Assembly (NCBI GenBank): GCA_030390025.1
Contig: CM059428.1
Location: 68,820,001 to 68,884,000 of the forward strand
Source of the DNA: Squalus acanthias
Taxonomy: Eukaryota
Length of the DNA: 64,000 nucleotides
Reading direction: 5' to 3'
In this document: positions 11,936-24,296 of the stretch, piece after piece
How the letters are laid out: every line of letters starts with the position of its first letter
Numbering within the stretch: position 1 is the first letter of the stretch
The notes under the pieces: generated by a model
The model's input: the letters and a program-made list of their open reading frames with translations, nothing else
Database searches by the model: none
Told to the model about the DNA's origin: nothing
Position numbers and translations under genes: made by a program

Positions 11936-14900
11936 TACAGAAACTTACGCCAGGTTTCTTTGAAATGTGCAAGAAACCTTCTGAAATTGGGACATAGACG
12001 AAATCGACTATTCGACGACTAAAGTTAAAACATGTCTTTTGGACACTATTGGACAAGTGGATCCCATCAAGCCAACAAATCGCTCTCACGGCTCACAGAT
12101 CTATCTTAATGCTAAAATTTCCAAAGTTAAATACTCTTCTGTTCTATCAACTAATAGCCATTTCTGCAATATCAGCACAAACTTTAAAAACAATACAAAA
12201 TTCAACCATAAAAGGTTCGAGGACATAACTACAATCGACGTGTGCATTATAAAGATAGGAGAATCCGAGTAAAGGGCCATCGGGCTTGGCGATAAGCAAT
12301 GACTTCCCTTTCCTTAGGTCAAATTTTGTGCCATTAATTACGAACTGAGCTGGAATTTATCCTGTGTGCAAATAGATAGAGCTACAAAGAAGTCTTATAG
12401 CTTACCTGAGAATTCAGCCAAATCCAAACCAGCCTCAAAGGACTGATAAAGGCTGCTGTGAAATTGGTAATGTGCTTTACTGGGGCAAAGTTTCAAAGCA
12501 CACTGAAGATTCTACATTTTCCAGTCTATCCGGCTGTTTTAAATATATTGCTTTGTGCTTACTCCAGGCAGCTTTCCTTTCTGCAAAGCCTTTTCAAATC
12601 AGAAAGGCCAGAGAATGAAGTTTCGCTCCTTAATACTGATTCGGCGCCCTACAAATACTGAACTGTTTGCCTTATAGGTTTTTGCAGACGTCTGGGGTAC
12701 TGGTTTTCTGTGAGATCTATGTATTGAAGAGAGAGAGAAAAAAAAACCAGCCCGACAAACAAGCAGGGCCAAGTCGAGGGGGGAAAAACCTTATGGAATC
12801 CGTTCACGTGACTTAAAAATAATTGTTAGCAGAATCTGGATCAAATCTGGTTATTAGCCACATACAATAAAGTTTCTGTGGTTCATTGTTAGGCTAGTAT
12901 GCTTGCAAACTGGCATTGCATTTAGGCGGTGTTGGTTTAGGAAACAGCTGCACCAGACTTGAGGAGAGCTAAGTCCCAATGCATTGCAAAGGTAAGGGTG
13001 AAGCCGTGCAGCATGGCAGAGCAAATGGGGTTTGCACTTTAAGCACTAACCACTGCTACACGTTTCATTTTAATCTTCATTGATGTTTTTAAACATCCAT
13101 TTATTAGTATGTAACAAATGTAAAACTACGGATAAGGGGACTATTGTCTTGGAATCAAACGATAAGGTTTTTATTGGTGTTCAACCACGTTTAAACATAA
13201 TTTCGTTCAGTTTGCTCCCTAGAACAAATACACTCTTTAGGTAGAAATATTAGACCCTGAAACTGGTGAATAAACTTAAGAAACAGGATTTGGTGCAAGA
13301 TTTAGGCTAACGCTGATCTGAATAAAATTAGGGTGATAGCTTGGAGCATTAGAAAACGTTCCAGCAATCGAATGGCCGCAATGAAACAATCGTTTTTGTT
13401 TAAATCTAAATGATATAAACTTTAAACTGAAACTATCTGAAAGATAAAGCAGCCAAATATCAGTAAAATTCTGTTTGTTTTCATGTTAAGAGTGGCCCTC
13501 TAAGAAACTCATTTCAGCATGCGGGTGCAATTGACAAACCCATCACAACAAAGCATTAAGGCCGAGTAATTTATTACACTCCTCATTCCACGCCATAAAA
13601 CTACTCTAGTTATCAAACGGCACTTTAAACTAACCAGAAAATTTGAGCTTTCTTACCACTCCGGTATTTCAAAAAGTCTAGCAACACCATTTACTCGTAT
13701 TCACTGCGGGCAAACCAACACATTGTTCAATATACTGTTTATGGAATGGTGTGCAGATTAAAGGTGCCTTTGCCGTTCTTTCCTACATTCCTTTCCTTAG
13801 TCGATTCTTACTTGTGGATTTATTTTTCTTTATTAACATGTTATTTTTTTTTAGAATATTTAGATGTGATTTTCCATTTCACGTGCTATAAAAGATATCA
13901 CACCCATAACTTCTATTTGTACTGGATTTCCAATGTCGTAACTCGAGAAGGTTGAAAATAAATATTTATTTTTAAACTTTGCTTTCTGTCTTTTAATAAA
14001 ATTGCACATCAAATCGGAAAGTCCGTGTATTTAGATATTTACACTAAGCAGAAAGATGAAGGGAAACGGAAACAGTCGGATGGTTCTTCGATTTTTGTTG
14101 TCAGTCTCATAATAATAAAACAAAGAAACCTGATATATTTTACGCTCACTTCCAGCCAAGGGATTTCAGACCCCTTCACTGTATTTTGTTGATTACAACA
14201 GCAGAATCGCGGGTTAGCTTTAATATATAAACGTAAATGGGACAAAATTGCATGCTAACGTTATAAATAGGCATTGAGGAAGATTACATTGCGGTTATAT
14301 TTGGTTCCTATTCAAAATAAATAGGTAGCTGTACAAAGTATGCCAACCTTCAAATATGGTTACAAGCACTTTTATTTTGGCAATCTGTAAGACTACAAAT
14401 TAACATGCAAAAGAACATAGCTGCTCTACACGATTGCAGTAAATCTTTTAATAATAGTTTTCCCTGCCAAGTTTGTTTTTCAAATTCATACTAAGTTGAA
14501 AGTGACAAATATATTATTTGCTAGCATCACAGACAAAGTTGTCTTTCCTTTAAAAAAATGATAATTATTGTATTCTATTTTAAATAAATCAAGCTGTATG
14601 TTTGTAGCTCCAGTGAATTCTTTGAGGTTGCTGTGAACCCCAAACAAAGGAAGTACCCTAGGCTTTTGTTCCCTTAAATAACCACCGAATTGACACTCTC
14701 AAATGGCTCCATGGCTACCTTTTGCAGCTGGCTAATACATTTCAACGTGGAAGGAATCAGCTCTGCGGCGTGCACGCAACCTCTCATCTTATAACAGAGT
14801 TGGAAAAATAAATTACATTTTCATTTAGTGCTCACTGATTCCGATGAACTGCAGCATTAAACCACCTGTTACACTAAAATAAAACAAGTCCACCTGAAAC

Positions 14901-17900
14901 CTGACATTCGATTTCAGCAGTGCAACCAAATCAAAATGTTTTACCTCTTAATTTCGGACTCTAGCCCATCTCAATGCCCAATTAGACTATTCTGGAACGA
15001 CTCCTGTTTCAGTCTAGACCTAAAAGGAGCACATTTATTGTCGTTAAAATAAAACATCGTGAATCGGTTGCCAAATAGTTACTCATAATGGATTTGTGTT
15101 GTTCTTATTTTAGGAGGTGGATCCAATTACAGAAGTGTTTTATTGGAATGCCAGCCCGGAAGCTGAAGACATTGTACCAGCCGTTATACTATTGCAATTA
15201 TCTTGTTTTGATTGATCATAGCCAATAGTAAGAATAATAAAATGTACTTGACTGGAGCGATGAGACATTTAATTAAGTGCTATGTACTTTTACTAATGAT
15301 CTTTTATTGTAAATATTAGGAGCGGTACTTAATTATGAGTGCAAACAATGCACGCTTTCTGGATGTACTTTCGTCAGGTACCAACATCAAATGCATCTAT
15401 TAAATAAGAGCAAGAACATTGCAAAGAAAAAATGCATTCTTTCACGAGGACAAACTGCGTCCAAATAAGTTCAAAGTTTATATCAGCAACACTATGGAAA
15501 TATATGAATAACATATTTTGACAATAAACAGGGCCGGAAATTTGTCTTAAAACACAACAATAAAGACAGGTGTTTCTGTACAACTCTTTGGTGTTATGTG
15601 TATTGTCCGGCTCATAGTTGCACATTATTTCCACGCACAAGACAAGCAGTACATAGACAGAATAAGTGCTGCACTTTGCTCAGAATTACATATGTTAGTG
15701 CATTTGCTGGAGCACCATAACTCTGCCACTTATTGTAAATCGCTCAAATTAATGAATCATAGAGGAATTTAGCTTGTGCCTCTTCATTTACAAACGCTGC
15801 TGCCTACAGTTGCCTCTCAGCCCTGCGCATGTAAGAGATGGTGATTTATTAACGACAGGAAAATTGAACAAAGCAGCACAGCTACACCGTGGTATCCAGG
15901 CATACATACTGTGAACTAGAACATCATCATATGTGTTTGTATTTGTTGCAATTAATCATGAAAAAAATCTAAAATATTACTGACACGCGAGAGACTGACT
16001 AAACACCATCACAGACATGCCGTGATTTAAATCTGAATACTAAAGGGCGCTATTCATCACATTTATGACAGTTTTAAGAAATAAAAATATTGTAAAAATA
16101 TAAACAGAATAAAGCCAGGATCATAAAGACACTACTCACCACAATTCTTGCCTGATTTGTGCCTCTCCCCTTTCTGAGACAGGTCTTCCAATTATAGACT
16201 TATTTTTTAAGGAAAGTTCATTTTCACATCAGACTGAAACAGATCTAGTGCGAATACTGACGACTACATATCTATTCCGGACCGGCTGCATTAATTATTT
16301 AATGAGTCACGTGACTAGGGAGATTAAAATTTCAATACATACACAGAGGAGACGCGTGACCCTTTATCTTGGAGTGTGGAGTTTTTTTTCTCTTTGCGCC
16401 CCTTCTTACTTGAATCTTTATTGTTCTGGCTTTCTTTTAGTCTTTGGATACTTGCTGGTAAGTGGTAATACAAAAATGACTGGCCTATGCTGATCCCAGA
16501 TTTGACAGGTCTGCCATTTATGTCACCTATAGTTCGAACTGCCTCAGTCCAATATTCTTGGGCATTTCTTCAAGCTGTCTTTATTGTCCGCCTGACAGTT
16601 TGATATTGAAGCTCAGTGTTACAGGAGCCCGCATATATAACAGTCACATGTAAGGCAAACTCTTTCATATATGACTTTACATCCCCGCAAGGCTGCTAAA
16701 TTTGACACCGAATCGACCCTCACTAGCCACAGTCGATATTTTATTATACCACCCAAATGTGTATTAGTTTTTGTATTGTGTCTGTTAGTCTTAGGAAGCC
16801 CACGATTACCATAGTGCATAGGCTAGTTCATTTAAGGGTGACAAGGAACATTGTGTTGTACAAACAGTTGATTAAAAAATACTCCCAGTGAATGTAATGG
16901 TTGGTGGCAATTTTGCTTATTGTATTAGTTGTGCTTTAAACTCAAACTGTAGTGTTTTGAGTTTGATGAAATCATACATCTACACATTAGTTTACATATT
17001 TTTAATGAATAAAATAAACGTTGCATCATTTTGTAAATCAAATACGAATACATTTCCAAAATACTAGCTGCAAAGAACTACGGACGCAGATATAGTTTCT
17101 CGAAAGCAAGCATGTGTTTGATGGAAAAAATACCAGTTACTCCTCTATTCAATAATCAGAACAATAGAGGCCCCCTAATAGGTGAATTATCTCACAGTAA
17201 CAACTGAAGGATTGGATCCATTCTTTTAAATCGTGACGACCATTAACTACAAAAATGTTATTAACTAAACCATTTAAAATAAGCATTGTTTCTTACCACG
17301 TACGAAGATTGTATTTAAACGGACTTTTCGAGCTTACGTATAAATCAATAAATCATCGCCAAGTATTCTATACACAAGCACATACCACACAGTAAAATGC
17401 GCTATATATAAACCTTTCTCTCAGTATCGCCGTATACTTAAACATTAGTTTTTAAAATATATTATTTGGACTTTTTAAAAGACATTTTTGATGACGAGGT
17501 ACATTCTTTAAACTCCTATCTGCAGGCATAGGAAATGGTGGAAAGAGCACTGTCCATCTTTTTAAAGGTCAAGGGTTTGAGGGGTCAGTCTGCACCGCTA
17601 AAAACGGCTAATCGGTCAGAAAATTTGTCCTCTTGGTGAACTCACTCTGGTTGCCCAGCCGTTGACAAACAATGCAACTTTTTATTACAAAAGACCGTTC
17701 GATTTACAATAAACTAAAAACATCAAAGAGAAAGAAAATAAAGATGCAAACGGGTTTTCATTTGCTAAAGGCGCCTAAAGTTTGATCATATAAAGGATAG
17801 GCTTTAATAAACTTGTACTTTCCAAAACTGGCTTTAAATACTGTAAATTACCTTTGCCTTTGACAATATGCGTTTTATAATTTTCTGTGGTAATAAACAT

Positions 17901-20237
17901 TGTCCAGCAAGAAACTCCAGAACTGTTCCAAGGGGGGAAAAAACATGGTGTGCGTCGAGATGGCCACATTTTATTCGGGAGAATCCAGTGTGTCCACACA
18001 CACTTTTCCAAAAGAACGCCCTTCAGACTTGCTGTTGAAGTATACAAAGAAGTATTTATTGAATGAGGTGATTAATGATTCTGGGTAAAATCTGGTATTT
18101 TCAATCTGTTTAAAATTCCTTTTACAGATAAGCAAGCACGACTGCCTAATGGGTTGAATTTTCTCAGCGTACTATTCTTTGTCTTTCTATATACTTTTGC
18201 ACTCGTCTTAAAGCTATTATACAAAACATATTTAAGAAAGTCTATGCCTAGTAATGTTAGCAGTTGTTGTTTGCCATTTGTAAAAACAAAATATTTGTAT
18301 AGTTCGCAGCAAAATATATTTTTCTCTCTAAAGAAGCTGAAATGGAGAAATTGTGTCTATTTCGTGTAATTCCTACCGAAGGTTCTGAATACATTATTTG
18401 TGAACAATTTTACATAATTACAGAGCATTCTAGTTTTTAGACAAAATAGTTTTAGGGGGAAATACATCCAATATGTTTAATGGCAGAAGTGTCTTTTCCC
18501 ACCGCTAACGTGGTGCATTCTGTGTATTGATATTGTTTGTTCTGATTATCCATACTATTTGACGAGGAAACGAAAAGCTATGAACGAATTTTTCTGCTGT
18601 GATTTTTAACTGGTTGCTAGGACATACAGATGTATCAACATCGATAACATGGTTTTGAAGAAGTGCATTGTTTGTTGCACAAAGAAATCTCCGATGTACA
18701 CTATTTTTTTCAGGAACCCTGATACTTGTGCTGTCTTCAAGCAATCAATAACATTGATCATATTAGAATTTATCATAGTCTATAATTTTAGAACTAGAAG
18801 TTTATGTTCAGTGAAATTGTTTAGCGCCCCTTTCCCCAAGATTAACAAAATTAAGTCACAGTATATATTCGAATATTTACTCCTGCAGTTTATGTTTTAT
18901 TGGCCATATATTACAAGTAATAAAATAAGCATTGATTGTATTTTTTTATATTTAAAATGTCATTGCCACGTTAAATTCTGTAATGTATGAGAAAGCACAA
19001 CAGTATGAGAAAGTCAAGCTAAAAATAATCCCACATGACTTCACTGTATTCCAGGATCAAAAATATAACATTTAAGGCTATAAAAGGCCGTGTTCGCCAC
19101 CTTATAGATGACTTATTATTTGATCGCCTCACATTTTACTGCATTATTTACGACTTGGTGACGTAGAACTTGATGTGGAAAGGCTGTAGAAAGATGAATT
19201 GTAGATCCAGGCAGTAATTTATCCTCTTTCTCCGAGTTATTCTCCAGAACCACACGAGATATTTTGGCAGTGGGGTTTTAAATAAAATGGTTTTATTTTG
19301 AAAATAAGAAAATGAACAAAAATATAGTCAAAACAAAACACTTATATGCATAGTCACGTTTTCGAGTCGAAAAAGTCTTATTCTCTGTGTGTTTGCTAAA
19401 TCCTGACTGGAAGTAAATTATACACATAAGAACTGAGATGATCCACGAATTAACATTTTATTTAAAGCCCGGGGCTTTATTTTTACACTGTAATTTATGT
19501 CTTTCGTTTTAGCAACATTTGGCACTGCACATAGCACACTGAAATATCCACAGAAAAATACACAAATCTTACCAATGATTTGTACGGTTTCGTCACAGTT
19601 TGGACTGTACCAAAATTGTTAAATATACAATGACTCGTCTGAAATCTCTGGATAAGATCCTTGCACATTCGTTATACTGATATCAGTACCACAACTATAT
19701 AGAGGATACAGGTTTAAAATAAAAAACACCTTAAATAACGCTGGCGACATAATTTATTTTCTATATATGTAGCATCTGGACAGTTTATTCGCTCTAAAAC
19801 CATTTTCCACATCCACACATATTGCTGCCTTTCTCATTTTCTAAAACAGATTTATTCTTAAATTCTCACAAATATTCCAACAGACTACACTAGTTGAAAT
19901 TATGACGCTTACAGTTCCTCACAATATCTATTATTCACTGTCCTTTGCTCTTTTTGTTTTGAATATCATGGAAGCAGCCACTTTGACAGAACCAAGCATC
20001 GGTTCATGTGGAGGTAATGAAGGATACAGAATGTACCCAATCAAACAGAAAACACTTTGAAAGTCTGCAGAGAATGGGTTAACACAATAGAAATGCCTGT
20101 CCCTTTTGGGGTTAACAGCATCTACCCTGGAAGAAAATTCTCACTGCAAGAAATCCCTCCACATTCAAGTCAGTTATGTGGCAAACACATTTTGGTCCAA
20201 ACTATGTTGTGGGAGAGGGGTTGGAGACTCGAAGCAG

Positions 20238-20563
20238 CTATAGGCTTGATGAATTTGGTGCTGAACCATCTGGCTGTGGGCCCTGGGAGGATACTTGTGT
20301 TTGCTGGCTTGTAGAAGATGATGAGCTAGCAGAACGCATCTTAGTGTTAGGCAGTTTGTGATCTTTCTTCCATTTCATCCTTCTGTTCTGAAACCAGATC
20401 TTCACCTGGCGTTCAGACAGGCAAAGAGTGTGTGCAATCTCAATGCGTCGACGCCTGGTTAGGTAACGGTTAAAATGGAACTCCTTCTCCAGCTCTAAGA
20501 CTTGTTGTCTCGTGTAAGCAGTTCGAGACCGTTTGGGCTCTCCTCCAGTGTAATTTGGGTTCA
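20238..20563 (-). CDS. HOXA4: HoxA4 homeobox exon
   Basis: Acceptor tgttcag at 20565-20564. Reads (V)[28 protein letters not shown]...[12 protein letters not shown], a group-4 homeodomain; stop at 20238. Candidate AATAAA at 19457-19462. Confidence 0.97.
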
Positions 20564-20780
20564 CTGAACAAAACAAAAAAAGTAACCAAACATAAATACA
20601 GACACAGGCACGAATCTGACAATGGGATTAGATGCACGTGAATGAAGGTTATAAAAGACAAGACTTTTTTTTCAAAGTGTTCTGACAACGGAGAACAATC
20701 TACTGCAATAAAATGGCTCTGGGTATTTAGGTTAGAAAAGCATCAAAGACACATGGCCAGGAGCAAGAGCCAGGGCAATC

Positions 20781-20830
20781 AAATTTATGGACGCTGTAAT
20801 TACCGACCTAACAGTTAGGTGATCGTAAAT
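20781..20830. promoter_or_regulatory. HB1-like homeodomain-site cluster in the HoxA4 intron
   Basis: TTTATGG, GTAATTAC and TCGTAAA motifs cluster near the 5' end of the intron, as in the conserved Hox4 intron HB1 element. Confidence 0.7.
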
Positions 20831-20916
20831 CTCATGAAAGGGCTAGTTACAGAAAGGGTTCCGCACATCCGATTTCAAGTGAATTTTAATTGTTTCAGTT
20901 AGCTTTAGTTACTTAC

Positions 20917-21334
20917 CGGTGGTAACGTGAATTTTCTTCATCCACGGGTAAACTATGGGCTCTTTGCTGAGAGTACCTTTCTGGGCAGTGGGATTTTTCG
21001 CATTCTGGCTACACAAAGCTGGTGTGGCTATTGGGACCACTTCACAAAGCTGATTCTGTCTCGGTATGTGATTTTGGAGGCTAGCCTGCGACTGCACATG
21101 ACCCCTTTGCGACATGTCTTGGTTGCCAGTGCCTTGGACATTGTTGAAGCTGTAGGTCGGCTCTGGGTAGTTTGATTGTGGGTATAGTGCCTCATGATGG
21201 AATCCAGGGTCCCGCGGCCGCTCGTAGTATTCAGGAGATTGGCTTGGTATGTAGTTATTTTGAGAATATTCCTCACAAGGTGGAAATTTTGGCTCAACGT
21301 AGTTGGAGTTTATCAAAAACGAACTCATGGTCAT
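20917..21334 (-). CDS. HOXA4: HoxA4 exon 1
   Basis: MTMSSFLINSNYVEPKFPPCEEYSQ... with hexapeptide VYPWMK; donor ACCG|gtaagt at 20916. Joined CDS is 744 nt (247 aa). Confidence 0.97.
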
Positions 21335-24279
21335 TAATTTCTGAAGTGCAAAATACTAATTTTTCTCGCGTTGTCGTTTTTCTGTTCCATAAAACCCTCC
21401 TACTTGCTGTCAAGTGTATAAAGTTAGCTGTCCATGTGATGTAAGCAGCCAATGGGATGAGTGGCTGTGGGCCCCGGATAAGGAAATACACCAATGATGA
21501 ATGCATGGAGTCCAGTCAAAAATTCCATATTATCATTCAAAATCTCGTTTCCCCTGAAATTATGTTGTCGCATAGAAAGAAAAAAAACTGCAACAATCAG
21601 GAAAACACTAATTTTAAAATCATCTAAATGGGTAATGATGTTTTATCGAATGCTAATATTTGAAAATGTATGTTGACGGGAAAAAAAATCACAAGATAGT
21701 ATCAGCTAGAGATCTGCTACTGTCCGAAATAGTTTACTCTTTTCTGAGAATGCTTCCATACAAAACATGTTTCAGTGCTTTCTCGGGGAAAAAATTAAGA
21801 CTGTTGGGAAAATAACTACGAGAGTTCAACACACTCGCTTGCCCTTTCTGGTGTAATAGATTCTGTCAAAGGCATTCTGAGATTCAGCCCTTACAAGAAG
21901 AATTTCAATAAAATTGCGAAAATACTTGGTTTATTTTAATAAAACACGAGTATTTTTAAGTCTTAGATAAGATCGAATATCTCATTGCAGAGCTTAATGT
22001 AAATTCAAAGTATATGCCGAAGTGTTAAATAACTAAGGCAACGTTAGAGGATTTTGTCCATTTACTGCATTTATGTAATCAATTGAGATTCTTACTCGGT
22101 ATAATAAATTTTGATTACAATATACTATAATTTACTTGTTCGATTTTAATGTGACTTATTTAGCAAAATACTGTCCTGCGAGATTATTTTTAGCTCTTCT
22201 TTAATTGATCTGCATAAAATAAAATTATAGAAACGAACATTTTATTAGTCGAGATACCCAGTAAAAGTAGATGCTGATCGCATTTTTTTAAATGCACAAA
22301 CACACAACTATTTAGTAAAACGATTAATTTGAATGGAACTCTATTCTAAGGCATGTAACACACATCTTGTATTGTACATTTGAATTTTGGAACAAAACTG
22401 CTCATTTCAAACTCCTTACATAACTAAATCCTGAATACATCAATTGCATTTCAGGTGATTTTAACATATTCACACGATTAAGTCTGCATATAGTATAATT
22501 TGTTACTTCAATAAATGTAATCCGTTTCAGAAACATATAAAACACCAGCAGTAATTGGTAACGCCTTCTAATGTTTACTTCCTTTTTTCAGAAGCAAAGA
22601 TACCCTGCCGTAAAATTTTGCAAACTAATTAGCTTGTCATATTAGTTAACGTGATTAAAATTACATAATGTTTTATGTTTGATTTAATATCTACCTCAAA
22701 CGGCACGCAATATGAAATTGACTAAATAGAAAAGTGACAATTTAGGTGCACTGCACGTTATTTTTTCAAAGTAGTCATATGCAATATGCTTTCTTCCCTG
22801 AAATATAATCGATTCACAACATGAGTTCTTGTCAATCAAGGACGCATTATAAAACCCTGTTTTAATGTTTGGACGATATACTGTATCCGGACATACAAGC
22901 TAACATTTCATTAGAATGAACCCTCTTCAACCATTACAACACATAGTTTGTAGGGTACATTTACCAACCCACCCTGTTTTGCTGCCCAGTGTAATCGTCC
23001 ATTAGAACGCTTTCAACTAAATATCTAGCAGTAAAATCAATTGCCTTTCGGTGTAATGAACACGTTTATTTCCACTACTCACGATACAAAGGGACTATGT
23101 AGGGAAGATTTGCATGGTAACAGACTTAATATTTTGTACGATTTGTTTTATTCACCAAGAACATCTTGTGTAAATGTTTATATTTAGGTCAGTCATAATA
23201 TATAGTTTAAAAGGTTACGAAACTGGTTCAAATGATGTTACTAAAAACTCTCTTTTCGCAAAAAAACGCCCATAAAATTCAACTTTCCAAAAATGTGTTG
23301 TTTTTTCTCTTTGACAGGGGTGATGTGCATCGTTTTGCTCTGACCACGTAACTTGCCTGTAAATAACGCAGTCGAGCAATTAGCTGGGGCAATGTGTGTA
23401 TTTAAGCGGTTTGTAGAAAAATGGGAAATAAAGGTTCTTATCGCATAAACACAAGGCATTACTGAGAACGAGCAAATGCAGGTCAGTCGCCTCTGCAGTT
23501 TTTTCATAATAAACAGAGATGGAGCCAGGACCCCCAAGTGTTACCTCGCCTGCGTGCACATTTGACATTTTTACTGCAAGGGTAGATTTACAGCCATTTT
23601 AAAGCGAAAGGCAAAGTTAACTCTTTTTACGACATTTCGAAAACGTGTGTGTTTTAAGAGCTTGTATCAAATTTACACTTTAGAAAGTGTCGAGATTATG
23701 AAATCTGTTTTACATAAAAGATCATCGAAGACCTGAAGCATTGAAGGGAAGATTTCTTTCGCGGTTTGATAAATCAGAAATTAGACTTTACCAGTTTTAA
23801 TTCTCCTCCGAACAGCAAATCAGTAGTTTAGATGATAAAGAGTGTCATAATTTCTTCATTTACCGTCTGAATCCGTCAGCACTGCTCGGGGTTTATCAGA
23901 TAGATTGTACCATGGTGAAAATGTGATTGTTTTCCAATTCTATCTGGGACATATGGTTAAAACAGCCGGTGTCCGACTCACAAACAAAATAAAACAAATA
24001 AAATGTACATTTGGAAGATACATCTTCGAGCAGGCTTGCACCACATCCCACAGAGCTGCACAACTGTGCGTTTATTGGACTTCAACACGGGAAACAAAAC
24101 AAAAGATTTTATTCAATGAAATGAGATTTCGTAAGGGATACGCTAAGCTAAGTTTGGAAGTGACCGAAAAGTGACACCGTGTGCATTTTGTTTCTTATTA
24201 ATCTTATACATTGACAGTCTTTGTTAAGTAACAAGGCGTGCCATTCGTGAGGCGACATTTTCATATTTGTTAGACGCGG

Positions 24280-24296
24280 TGACCTGAATTTCACCT
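24280..24296 (-). promoter_or_regulatory. DR5 RARE about 2.9 kb upstream of HoxA4
   Basis: Minus strand AGGTGA-AATTC-AGGTCA; sequence and distance fit the known 5' RARE of HoxA4. Confidence 0.88.

Noticed and set aside
11817-12089. IYLS-repeat ORF (and the similar one at 49753-49953)
   Set aside because: Translation of GATA microsatellites.
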